Source: an uncultured virus (IMG/VR IMGVR_UViG_3300047561_001544) | Taxonomy: Duplodnaviria; Heunggongvirae; Uroviricota; Caudoviricetes | IMG/VR virus record: IMGVR_UViG_3300047561_001544 | Length of the DNA stretch: 64,000 nt | Strand: one strand, 5' to 3' | Shown here: positions 40,554 through 49,350 of the stretch, in pieces | How positions within the stretch are numbered: position 1 is the stretch's first letter | Layout of the letters: every line of letters begins with the position of its first letter | Program-made: the position numbers and the translations under genes | Notes under the pieces: generated by a model | The model's input: the letters and a program-made list of their open reading frames with translations, nothing else | The model's database searches: none | What the model was told of the DNA's origin: nothing

Positions 40554-40760
40554 ATGAAACCTAGAAAAACAAGAAAGCCTAGAAAACCCAATAATCTCAG
40601 TGAAAAAGAATATATAAAACTTTTTGCTGAGGTTCTAATTTGGCTTTCAGAGCAGGAAGAGTGGATAAAGATGGTAGAAAATTTAAATAAAGATAGTATA
40701 CATAAACAAATAGAAGTTGAAACAGTACTTAATCAAATGTTCGATTTAGATCCTTTTTGA
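40554..40760 (+). CDS. hypothetical protein
   Basis: 68 aa, basic N-terminus. Confidence 0.55.
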   Translation: MKPRKTRKPRKPNNLSEKEYIKLFAEVLIWLSEQEEWIKMVENLNKDSIHKQIEVETVLNQMFDLDPF

Positions 40761-40761
40761 T

Positions 40762-41910
40762 ATGAAAAAATTCTTTAAACTACCTAAAAATAAAACTCCA
40801 GAGATAACTTTGGCGGGACTTTTTAGTTCTGAATTTGTTAATCCATTAGCGTTAATTTCCGCGCTGTATGGTGGAAGCCTTCCAAGTTACAAAAGATACC
40901 GTGAAAATTTTTATAAGGATAAAGCTATTGATTATTTGATTAGTAATGGTGCGGAAATAATTCAAACAGCTGAAGAGATTCAAATTTCAAAAAAAATACA
41001 AGACGACGATGATGACGGGTTTGTTATTGGTGAGGATTTCATAATTCCAAATATGGATAATGAGGAAGGATATTTATTCTTTTATAAAGATAATTTTATT
41101 CAGTTGATTGTTAATGATCTTAAAAAAGAAAAGGACAAATGTAAATTATCATTTTATTATCCGAATGATAAAGAATGTGTAAATGAGGAATTCCATAAAT
41201 TTTTAGTAATAGATAACTCACCTAATATTTTTATGGTAAATCAAGAGTATGGACAATTCACATTCTCTAAATTTAATATTAATTTACCAGAAACTTTTGA
41301 TCTTGCTTTAAATTATGGAGACGATTTTCCAGAAATTAATGATAAGTTGATTGATGCCCTACATGATAATTATTCTGGACTTTATATGTTGCATGGACTT
41401 CCAGGAACTGGAAAAACAACTTATATACGTTATTTAGCATCTGTACTTAAAAAAGATGTAATGTTTTTTCCGACTTCATTTGTGAATGAAATTACAAATC
41501 CAGCTATTTTAAATCTCCTTCGTAAGAAACAAGAATGTGTTCTTATTCTTGAAGATGCTGAAAAGGCTCTAACTAAACGTCATTTATCAGATGAACCATC
41601 TTTAGTATCTACACTGCTTAATATGACTGACGGTATTCTAGGAGATATACTTAAATTAAATGTTATTGTAACTTATAATTGTGATCGACAAGATATTGAT
41701 GAAGCATTACTTAGAAAAGGTCGTTTAAAAGCTGAATATTCTTTCCAAGGTTTAAAAAAGAAACATGCCGAAAAACTTATTAATCATTTAGATTTGGATA
41801 TTGAAGCAAAAGATGGCATGATTTTAGCAGATATTTATTATGCAAAAAGTGACGAAAAGTTAATTGGGAATGTAAAACAATTGGAGAAACCAACTATAGG
41901 ATTTAGATAA
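40762..41910 (+). CDS. AAA+ ATPase
   Basis: HGLPGTGKTT, ILEDAE, LLNMTDG, ALLRKGRL. Confidence 0.9.
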   Translation: MKKFFKLPKNKTPEITLAGLFSSEFVNPLALISALYGGSLPSYKRYRENFYKDKAIDYLISNGAEIIQTAEEIQISKKIQDDDDDGFVIGEDFIIPNMDNEEGYLFFYKDNFIQLIVNDLKKEKDKCKLSFYYPNDKECVNEEFHKFLVIDNSPNIFMVNQEYGQFTFSKFNINLPETFDLALNYGDDFPEINDKLIDALHDNYSGLYMLHGLPGTGKTTYIRYLASVLKKDVMFFPTSFVNEITNPAILNLLRKKQECVLILEDAEKALTKRHLSDEPSLVSTLLNMTDGILGDILKLNVIVTYNCDRQDIDEALLRKGRLKAEYSFQGLKKKHAEKLINHLDLDIEAKDGMILADIYYAKSDEKLIGNVKQLEKPTIGFR

Positions 41911-42195
41911 TATTATATGGTTGTTAATATTACCGAGTTTGAAAAAGATTTGGATGAATTACTTATAAAATATAATTTTAATATAAATAAAAATTTATCA
42001 AATCAAATTTTAACTGGATATTTAATCAATTGTTTAAAAAATTTAATAATATATGAAAAAGAAAATAACTACAATAAAACCGAATAATATAGTAAGAAAG
42101 AAAAGAAATACAAAAAAAATTGAACCTAAAAAATCTTGGGTAGATAAATTATCTCTTTGGGTTTACTCTAAATTAAATTTTATTTTTGGTAAATA

Positions 42196-42858
42196 ATGAT
42201 ACTTGTTATTTCAGACATACATCTTGGAAGTCCGATTTGTCAAGCTGAACTAACGCTTAAAGTATTGGAAGAGTCCGAATACGATAAATTAATTATTTGT
42301 GGAGATATTTTAGATTCCTATAATATTCATAGACTTTGTAAAAAGCAATGGAGAGTTTTATCTGCTTTACGAAAAATATCAAAAACAAAAGAATGTATTT
42401 TTATTAAAGGTAATCATGACCAGCATTTAGAGACTATTAGTGCTTTACTAGGATTTGATTTTAAACTTGAGCATACGGAAATTATAAATTCTAAAAAGTT
42501 TTATTTTGTTCATGGTGACAGATGGGATTACCTTATACAATTAAAACCTTACCTAGCAGAAATTGGCGCGGCAATTTATTACTTTCTTCAAAAGATGGAT
42601 AAAAAACAAATCTATACAAGAAAACTAAAAAAAACAATTAAAACTTGGAGATCTTCAGCTGATAAAGTCATGCACAGAATAGCTCATCATGGAAAAGATT
42701 TAGGTTGCAATACTATTGTATTTGGGCACACTCATATGCCAGAACATAAAATTATAGATGGAATTGAATGTGTTAACCTTGGTTCACAATGCGATTTACC
42801 AGTAACTTATGCAATTATAAATAGTGCTGGATATATTAGATTACAGAGTAAAGAATAA
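42196..42858 (+). CDS. metallophosphoesterase (LpxH/LpxH2-like)
   Basis: SDIHLG, GDILD, GNHD, HGD, GHTH. Confidence 0.85.
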   Translation: MILVISDIHLGSPICQAELTLKVLEESEYDKLIICGDILDSYNIHRLCKKQWRVLSALRKISKTKECIFIKGNHDQHLETISALLGFDFKLEHTEIINSKKFYFVHGDRWDYLIQLKPYLAEIGAAIYYFLQKMDKKQIYTRKLKKTIKTWRSSADKVMHRIAHHGKDLGCNTIVFGHTHMPEHKIIDGIECVNLGSQCDLPVTYAIINSAGYIRLQSKE

Positions 42859-42859
42859 T

Positions 42860-43255
42860 ATGAAATATAGAGATTTAAATATTACAAAGAAATTTTTGGA
42901 TGAAAATCCTGATGCAATTTTTGTATTTGGAGATAATGACCACAGAACTGGATATGGCGGCGCAGCAATACTAAGAGATCATCCACAAACATATGGTTTT
43001 ATTACTAAACGCGCGCCAGATAATATGGATCTTTCATTTTATCGCCCAGATGATTTTAAATTCAAATTTTTATCTCAAGCAATAGAGTTACAAATATATA
43101 TTGAAAAAAATAAAGATTCAGTTTTTTACATTTCTAAACTCGGTGCTGGATTAGCTAATAGATATCAAATATGGGAAAAAGTTATTAAAGAAGGTTTGAT
43201 TAAATACTTTTCCCAGTACCCTAACGTAGTTTTTTTATGGGAAGAAAATAGTTGA
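42860..43255 (+). CDS. conserved phage protein (macro-domain-like)
   Basis: FVFGDN...G.GGAA..R, SKLGAGLA. Confidence 0.6.
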   Translation: MKYRDLNITKKFLDENPDAIFVFGDNDHRTGYGGAAILRDHPQTYGFITKRAPDNMDLSFYRPDDFKFKFLSQAIELQIYIEKNKDSVFYISKLGAGLANRYQIWEKVIKEGLIKYFSQYPNVVFLWEENS

Positions 43256-43285
43256 TCAGTATTTAAAACATGCTATAAAAGATAC

Positions 43286-44074
43286 ATGAAAACGCTTGTC
43301 ATCCCAGACGTTCATCAAGATATAGAAGGCGTTTTAAAAATTTTTAAAGCTGAAGACATAGATTCTTTCGATGAAATCGTTTTCTTGGGTGATTGGCTTG
43401 ATTCTTTCCATGAGCCTCCGAGGGTATCTAGTTTTAAAGATACCTGTTTATTTTTAAGAGATCTTGTATGGAATAATAAAAGTGGAAAAATGATTTTCCT
43501 TGTTGGAAATCATGACATGGCCTATATTTATAATAATAAAAAAAGTGGATATAGCTCAAGTTTTATTAAAAGTAATGCCTATATGTGTAGTGGAGTAACT
43601 AAAAGCAAAATCTCTACATTTAGACAGGTATTTTTTGATAAGGGGTTAAGAGACGATTGGTTTATAAAAAATTTTAAAATTGCACATCGCTCACAAGCAT
43701 GGACTTTTTCACATGCTGGAATTATTTTACGCCATTTCCCATACGAAAAAACGGTAGATAACATTGTTGATAAAATACTTCCAGATGTATTCGCTAATTT
43801 TAGAAATTTAGACTATATCCATAATTGGTTAATTTCCGCTATTGGAACGGCACGATTTGGACAAGATCCATATGGTGGGCTATTATGGCTAGATTTTAAT
43901 ATTGAATTTAATCCGTCTAAAGAAGTTGGCAAACAAATCTTTGGTCATACTTATTGTCCAGAACCTACAGCTATTGGTTTAAATACTGAATATGAAAGTT
44001 GGAATCTAGATACTAATTTAAAAGATTACGCTATTATTCGTGATGGTCATTTAACCACCCGTCGTATAAAATAA
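43286..44074 (+). CDS. metallophosphoesterase
   Basis: PDVH, LGDWLD, GNHD, SHAG, GHT. Confidence 0.88.
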   Translation: MKTLVIPDVHQDIEGVLKIFKAEDIDSFDEIVFLGDWLDSFHEPPRVSSFKDTCLFLRDLVWNNKSGKMIFLVGNHDMAYIYNNKKSGYSSSFIKSNAYMCSGVTKSKISTFRQVFFDKGLRDDWFIKNFKIAHRSQAWTFSHAGIILRHFPYEKTVDNIVDKILPDVFANFRNLDYIHNWLISAIGTARFGQDPYGGLLWLDFNIEFNPSKEVGKQIFGHTYCPEPTAIGLNTEYESWNLDTNLKDYAIIRDGHLTTRRIK

Positions 44075-44247
44075 TTTATGAAAACTCGTTCTATAAAATC
44101 CATAAGATTCGGTAAATACACATTTCAATTATGGCAAAAGGGTAGTCATATTAAATCTTTACAATTTTATAATTTTAATAATCGTTATTTTAGAAAAATT
44201 AGCGTATATTTGCCTCTAGTAATAATTGAGTTGAGTTATATGAAGCC

Positions 44248-44610
44248 ATGAATAACGAAATTATAGATTTATATACAGCCGTTTTAAATAATTTAAAAAA
44301 TTCTATTGATCCAAATTTTAGAAATGAATTATTAAAAGAACGTCAAATTGAAAGTTTAGATGTAAAATGGAAACAGGCACGTTTAAATATTCAACGATAT
44401 ATAGAAAATGTTAAAAATCATCATCCACAAATTGATAATCTCATATCATATCATGGTTATTTTCTTTATGAGGATATTGCTAGTATTTTTCTAGATTTAA
44501 TCTGGCAGGATCTTCACAATAAATTAGATATTAAAGATACTATTTTTTACTATAAGACGTACAAGATTCAAATTTGCAATAGAAATCTATTGACATACCA
44601 ATCAAATTAG
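44248..44610 (+). CDS. hypothetical protein
   Basis: 120-aa ORF. Confidence 0.55.
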   Translation: MNNEIIDLYTAVLNNLKNSIDPNFRNELLKERQIESLDVKWKQARLNIQRYIENVKNHHPQIDNLISYHGYFLYEDIASIFLDLIWQDLHNKLDIKDTIFYYKTYKIQICNRNLLTYQSN

Positions 44611-44623
44611 AAGATAATAGAGT

Positions 44624-44914
44624 ATGGATAAATATAAAAAAGTTCAAGAAAAGCGTGAGATGTTCATTCAATTTTCTGAAGAAGAAATTGCCGAGATGGG
44701 ATGGGAAGAGAATCAAAAACTTTCTATTGAAATGAATGATGGTGGAATTACTCTTCAACCATATGCAAAAATGGAAATTGAAATTGGAGAGTGGTCGCGC
44801 GAAATGCTAGAATATCTTGTTGGCGAATCGTGTGATCGTGATGTTTCAGTCAATGACATTATAACCGAAGTTTTAACCGAATATATTAAAGCCAATGAAT
44901 CCTTACAAGATTAA
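44624..44914 (+). CDS. AbrB/MazE-like plus RHH-like small DNA-binding protein (putative)
   Basis: IQFSEE....GWEENQKL...GITL; C-terminal DVSVNDII; TTGACA-17-GATAAT upstream. Confidence 0.5.
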   Translation: MDKYKKVQEKREMFIQFSEEEIAEMGWEENQKLSIEMNDGGITLQPYAKMEIEIGEWSREMLEYLVGESCDRDVSVNDIITEVLTEYIKANESLQD

Positions 44915-45167
44915 AAATCAAAATAGTCATACTTATAAAGTAGTATTTGAGCATCCAACTGTAGGAGATCAAACATTTCCTACTGTAAATATTGAAATTT
45001 CTTCTGAAGCAACCATTACTGATCATTTGTATGCTTTTGAAAGATTTTTAGAAGGAATGGGATATGTTCTTCCAGAAAACGCTTCTCTTGATTTTGTCGA
45101 AGAAGAAATAGAATCTAGAGACAATATAGCTACAGACTCTATAGATGAAATTAATGGATTAAACTAA
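44895..45167 (+). CDS. hypothetical protein
   Basis: FERFLEGMGY motif, 90 aa. Confidence 0.6.
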   Translation: MNPYKIKNQNSHTYKVVFEHPTVGDQTFPTVNIEISSEATITDHLYAFERFLEGMGYVLPENASLDFVEEEIESRDNIATDSIDEINGLN

Positions 45168-45337
45168 TATGAATAATGGAATTGATAGAAGAAAATTTAA
45201 TTATAATTTACTAATTGTAATGATGTTAGTAATTATATTTTTGATGCAACTTTTTAATCAAAAAATGTTAATTCATAATGCTGATAGATTAGAGAATATT
45301 GAAACTGCAATATCTGGTAGAACTGATTTGTAATATT

Positions 45338-45928
45338 ATGGGAATGTTTGATTCAATACGTTGTAATTATCCGCTACCTCTTCCATTGGAAGTCGTCGAT
45401 AAACTACCAGACATTTATGAAGAAGAGTTTCAAACAAAAGACTTTGAAAATTTTTTAGACAATTATATTCTTACTGAAGAAGGTGAACTTCTTTTCCATC
45501 AGAAAAGATACGAATGGCGTGATGACGATAACTCTTTTCTAAAGGGTTGTATGGAAGTTGTTGAAGAAAAGATTGTACCACATCCTTTTCATGGTATAGT
45601 TAATTTCTATTTTTATAGAACGGTTTATTCAGATGCGTCTAGATTAAGCGGTTATGATATTTCTATAGAATACATAGCTAAATTCAATAATGGGCGTTTA
45701 GATTCTTTAGAGGTATTGAATTATGAAGTCGAAGATGCTACGAAAAGATTAGTAGACCTAGATAAGTTCTTTAAAGAAAAACAGCGTATTCGCAATTTTT
45801 GGTATAATAAATATATTTTTAATACCACACCTTGGAACTGGTTTAAAAAGAAAATTTTGATTTTATCGATAAAAAAGACTATTAAAGTTCTTACGAAGTT
45901 TGAGAGTTTAATTTGGAAATATTTATAA
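45338..45928 (+). CDS. conserved phage hypothetical protein
   Basis: MGMFD...FQTKD...Y.....G.L...EYIAKF.NG. Confidence 0.7.
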   Translation: MGMFDSIRCNYPLPLPLEVVDKLPDIYEEEFQTKDFENFLDNYILTEEGELLFHQKRYEWRDDDNSFLKGCMEVVEEKIVPHPFHGIVNFYFYRTVYSDASRLSGYDISIEYIAKFNNGRLDSLEVLNYEVEDATKRLVDLDKFFKEKQRIRNFWYNKYIFNTTPWNWFKKKILILSIKKTIKVLTKFESLIWKYL

Positions 45929-45969
45929 ATAATAGTGTAATAAACTATTACTAGTTCTTTAAAATTTAT

Positions 45970-46424
45970 GGGGGTGAAAGGATTCGACCTGAGACTGAAT
46001 CTAAAAGCGCATGTAGAAGTTAATCGGTGGCTTCTTTAAAACCGATTAAAAAATTAAGAGCAGATAATACTGACTCCATCTTGGCTGAAGCCGAACATAT
46101 CTTCAACAATGCTGACGAATATCTCGTTGGTTTTGAAGACGAAATGCTCTTAGCAGCCTAAGATCCTTTAACCTAGATCCTCTAAGGGTTAATTGATAGC
46201 AGAGGTTGTTGAATTGTGGACTATATCAACGTAACAAAAAGAATCCTTCGTATGTAGATTTGCGATAATAATCTATAGGCAGACTTAAAACTCGGTTAGT
46301 GTCGCCAAGCAGCCTAAAGTCTTCGTTACCGTATGGTAGCTGAAATGCTAAAGACATTAAAACATGTAGACCTTTTAGATAATGTGTCAAGGGACTCGGC
46401 TATCGTAGGCCGACACCTCCACCA
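45970..46424 (+). ncRNA. ssrA: tmRNA
   Basis: 5' GGGGGTGAAAGGATTCGAC, 3' CACCTCCACCA with G3:U70; tag ORF 46060-46161 ADNTDSILAEAEHIFNNADEYLVGFEDEMLLAA*. Confidence 0.95.
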
Positions 46425-46427
46425 TTT

Positions 46428-46460
46428 ATAAGCCCGAATTTAATTTCGGGCTTATTTTTT
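46428..46460 (+). terminator. intrinsic terminator after tmRNA
   Basis: ATAAGCCCGAA / TTCGGGCTTAT hairpin plus T run. Confidence 0.85.
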
Positions 46461-46499
46461 ACATTGACGTAAGAAGAAAAAATGTTAATATATAGAATT

Positions 46500-46533
46500 G
46501 GAACTGTAGCTCAACTGGTTAGAGCGCCATGCC
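46500..46533 (+). pseudogene. 5' half of a tRNA gene (Asp-like remnant)
   Basis: GGAACTG-TA-GCTC-AACTGGTTA-GAGC-GCCATGCC, then breaks; no T-arm or CAGTTCC seen downstream. Confidence 0.75.
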
Positions 46534-46570
46534 ATTATTTGACAACAATCAGATTCGTAAATATAGTTTC

Positions 46571-46644
46571 GGGGTCGTAGCTTAACTGGTTAAAGCAACG
46601 GTTTGTCGAACCGTCGAGTGTGGGTTCAAGTCCCATCGACCCCG
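46571..46644 (+). tRNA. tRNA-Asp(GTC)
   Basis: ACGGT-TTGTCGA-ACCGT, GGGGTCG/CGACCCC, G73. Confidence 0.92.
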
Positions 46645-46705
46645 CGTTACTTAGATGTTATAACATAAAAATGTATAAGCATCTAAACTACGTGTAATTC
46701 ATTAT

Positions 46706-47197
46706 ATGCCTATTTGTCAAAAATGTGATTCACAATTTTCAAATCGACTTAGAATCGATGGTAAAATTAAAAACGTCCATAATCGTAAGTACTGCCTTCA
46801 GTGTTCTCCGTTCGGTCAACATAATACTAAACAATTAGTTTTAAAAGAAAAATCAGATAAAAAATGTATCTGTAGTGTTTGTAATAAGGAATATATCTAT
46901 AGTAGAAAGAAGGGGAACTCTTCTATTAGATGTAACAGTTGCTATGTAAATCAGTTTAGGGCTAATCGTAAGGAAAAAGCTGTTAAACTACTTGGTGGTC
47001 AATGTTGTAAATGTGAATACAATAAATGCATAAAAGCTTTACAATTCCATCATATTGATCCAAAGAAAAAAGACTTTGAAATTAGTTCAAATAGTAGTAC
47101 AGTATCTTGGTATAAATTAGAAAAAGAAATTTCTAAGTGTATACTAGTATGTGCTAATTGTCATGCTGAAATTCATGATGGTATTACAGAGATGTAG
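46706..47197 (+). CDS. HNH homing endonuclease (Cys-rich)
   Basis: Multiple CxxC; LQFHHIDP..K...KCILVCANCHAEIH. Confidence 0.9.
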   Translation: MPICQKCDSQFSNRLRIDGKIKNVHNRKYCLQCSPFGQHNTKQLVLKEKSDKKCICSVCNKEYIYSRKKGNSSIRCNSCYVNQFRANRKEKAVKLLGGQCCKCEYNKCIKALQFHHIDPKKKDFEISSNSSTVSWYKLEKEISKCILVCANCHAEIHDGITEM

Positions 47198-47259
47198 CTC
47201 AATGGTAGAGCAACACCTTGATAAGGTGTGGGTTGTAGGTTCAAGTCCTACCATCTCTA
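47188..47259 (+). tRNA. tRNA-Ile(GAT)
   Basis: ACACC-TTGATAA-GGTGT, AGAGATG/CATCTCT; overlaps HNH stop. Confidence 0.92.
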
Positions 47260-47299
47260 TTAATTTTTTAATTTAAAATTCAAACATATATAATACATA

Positions 47300-47482
47300 A
47301 TGGAAAATAATAAAAATACTGGCGCTGGTAAGGGTGATAAACCTCGCAATTGTTTTTCTGAACAATATCGTAATAATTATGATTCAATTATTTGGTGTAA
47401 GAAATTAGAGCGAAAGCAAACGCAAGATGAAAAAGTTATTGATAATACTTCTAGCTCTGAGTTCTTGCCAAAATTTGAGTAA
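47300..47482 (+). CDS. small conserved phage protein
   Basis: GAGKGDKPR...YRNNYDSI.W. Confidence 0.6.
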   Translation: MENNKNTGAGKGDKPRNCFSEQYRNNYDSIIWCKKLERKQTQDEKVIDNTSSSEFLPKFE

Positions 47483-47684
47483 AATACAAGTTAAAGGCGA
47501 GGTTAGCGGAGTAAAAACTGGTAGTTCTAAAATTGTTGGTGGCAAACACATGATTACTGCTATTTATCCAGTATCAGATAGGTTGCGAGTAAAAGGAAAA
47601 ATTGCGCAACCTTATATTATTGAGCAAAGTATGGATATTGGACTTCCAAATTACGGGGAAACAAGTCTAGAAATTTTATTTTAA
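47427..47684 (+). CDS. putative lipoprotein
   Basis: MKKLLIILLALSSC lipobox; C-terminal F. Confidence 0.65.
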   Translation: MKKLLIILLALSSCQNLSKIQVKGEVSGVKTGSSKIVGGKHMITAIYPVSDRLRVKGKIAQPYIIEQSMDIGLPNYGETSLEILF

Positions 47685-47712
47685 AGTCTCAATGTAAAAT
47701 CATATAATAGAT

Positions 47713-48339
47713 ATGAGTATTGTATCTTTAAGAGATAATCCATTTTGGGTGAATTCACAATATCAAATAGAAGGATTAAAAAAATTTATAGAATATATAA
47801 GAAATCAAAATCCAGACAATTCGAAATGGTTAGAAATAGGTTCATACACAGGCGAGTCTGCAAAAATTTTTTTATCATATGATTTTATAAAAAAACTTTA
47901 TTGTATAGATACTTGGTCAAAACATCCAGAACTTACATTAAATTCAATGCCGTTTCTTGAAGCGGAAGACCTTAATAAGGTGAAACAAATTTTTTTCACA
48001 AAATTAGATTCCGAAATACAATCTGGGCGTTGTGTACCAATTGAGGACTCTTCTAAAAATGCATTTGAGTATATAGATGAAATGTTCGATGTTATTTACT
48101 TAGATGGTTCGCATAGTCGTAAAGATGTTTTACAAGATTTAACTTTATGGTATTCAAAATTAAAATTTGGTGGATTTATGTGTGGACATGATTTTACTTT
48201 TGATCAAAATTCTGCTTTATATACATGCTCTCAGGGAATACAAGATTTTATATCTTCAATATCAAGATTTAAAACTATAGAGTTTCATATTTTTAAAGAT
48301 GGTAGTTGGGCATTTCAAAAATTAGAAAAATACTTTTGA
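47713..48339 (+). CDS. class I SAM-dependent methyltransferase (Methyltransf_24-like)
   Basis: LEIGSYTGES, IDTW, YLDGSH, GGFMCGHD. Confidence 0.88.
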   Translation: MSIVSLRDNPFWVNSQYQIEGLKKFIEYIRNQNPDNSKWLEIGSYTGESAKIFLSYDFIKKLYCIDTWSKHPELTLNSMPFLEAEDLNKVKQIFFTKLDSEIQSGRCVPIEDSSKNAFEYIDEMFDVIYLDGSHSRKDVLQDLTLWYSKLKFGGFMCGHDFTFDQNSALYTCSQGIQDFISSISRFKTIEFHIFKDGSWAFQKLEKYF

Positions 48340-48372
48340 CTTATAATAAATACATGGTAAGATAAAAATCGT

Positions 48373-48663
48373 ATGAACAATCTAAACTATAAAAACCCAC
48401 CATCAATACATGAGATGAGAAAAAATAATTGGAAAGTTCGTGTAATTCATGGTTATATAAATGATCTTAAAAAAACTTTAGATAGTTTTTATATTATATC
48501 AGAATTAGCAACAAGATATACGAGAATTGAAATTACATGCCCTAAAAACTTAAATAGTTTTGGAGAAAGTTTTTGTAGCAATAAAGACCAATATAATAGA
48601 AAATTGGGAAATAGAATTGCTTTGGCGCGTGCAATAAAAAATTACCAAAAACAATATAATTAA
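48373..48663 (+). CDS. conserved phage hypothetical protein
   Basis: GESFCS.KDQYNRKLG..IALARA. Confidence 0.7.
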   Translation: MNNLNYKNPPSIHEMRKNNWKVRVIHGYINDLKKTLDSFYIISELATRYTRIEITCPKNLNSFGESFCSNKDQYNRKLGNRIALARAIKNYQKQYN

Positions 48664-48664
48664 A

Positions 48665-48738
48665 TGCCCTCTGGGGGAATTGGTAGACCCAGCGGCCTTT
48701 GAAGCCGCATTTTCTTGGTTCGAGCCCAAGGGGGGCAG
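48665..48738 (+). tRNA. tRNA-Gln(TTG)
   Basis: GCGGC-CTTTGAA-GCCGC, U1-A72, G73. Confidence 0.9.
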
Positions 48739-48748
48739 CTTTTTAAAC

Positions 48749-48821
48749 ACTCCTATAGTTCAATTGGTTAGAACGGTCTGTTTATAACGGACGAACCTTG
48801 GTTCAAATCCAAGTAGGAGTA
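48749..48821 (+). tRNA. tRNA-Ile(TAT)
   Basis: GTCTG-TTTATAA-CGGAC, ACTCCTA/TAGGAGT, A73. Confidence 0.88.
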
Positions 48822-48859
48822 CTATATGTGTAATATAACTTAACAATTTTATTAAAAAT

Positions 48860-49054
48860 ATGACAGCATCATCTAAACCTAATAAAAAATCTAAAGAATA
48901 CGTATCTTCAAGAGGATGGTCAGAAGAATGTATAACAAATATAAAAAAAATACAGGATGAATTTTTAGATCGTTATTACGACGATAAAGAAGAAAATACC
49001 GCAATACTTAAACTTTTGCAACAATTAGTGGAAAGATTAGAAAAAAATATTTGA
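48860..49054 (+). CDS. hypothetical protein
   Basis: 64-aa ORF. Confidence 0.5.
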   Translation: MTASSKPNKKSKEYVSSRGWSEECITNIKKIQDEFLDRYYDDKEENTAILKLLQQLVERLEKNI

Positions 49055-49086
49055 CTTTTTGCTAAAAAGAATGTATTAATATATAA

Positions 49087-49292
49087 GATCTGGCAGTAGT
49101 AAACCTTTCCAGATCGGGATTTGCTCTCTTTGCCTGTTAGTGTGTTGGGGGTGCTCATCCTACGCTAGTCGAGCTAGGCTACATAAAGCTATGACGCTAT
49201 GCATTGTTCAATACAGGCTTTGACGTTGATAGGTCTGCGAAACTCGCGGACGCTTCGTTGAGGAAGGGACAAGTTCTAGATCAAAACCTTTC
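49087..49292 (+). ncRNA. candidate structured non-coding RNA of unknown family
   Basis: GC-richer intergenic stretch behind a TTGACT promoter-like site; nested helices with G:U pairs on + strand. Confidence 0.6.
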
Positions 49293-49313
49293 AAATACTA
49301 TTTTAAAAAAGAA

Positions 49314-49342
49314 TTGACATCCCCACCACATTTATATATAAT
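49314..49342 (+). promoter_or_regulatory. consensus sigma70 promoter
   Basis: TTGACA-17nt-TATAAT, 8 nt before ATG 49351. Confidence 0.8.
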
Positions 49343-49350
49343 ACAAGACT

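Noticed and set aside
40255..40557. ORFs 40255..40485(-) and 40360..40557(+)
   Set aside because: Shadow translations of three tRNA genes
48976..49158. ORF 48976..49158(-)
   Set aside because: Spans a promoter and the structured RNA on the opposite strand; no protein features
49087..49292. Cobalamin riboswitch, RNase P or SRP RNA
   Set aside because: Lacks the B12 box, the GAGGAAAGTCC core and the SRP helix-8 motif; the downstream gene has its own promoter
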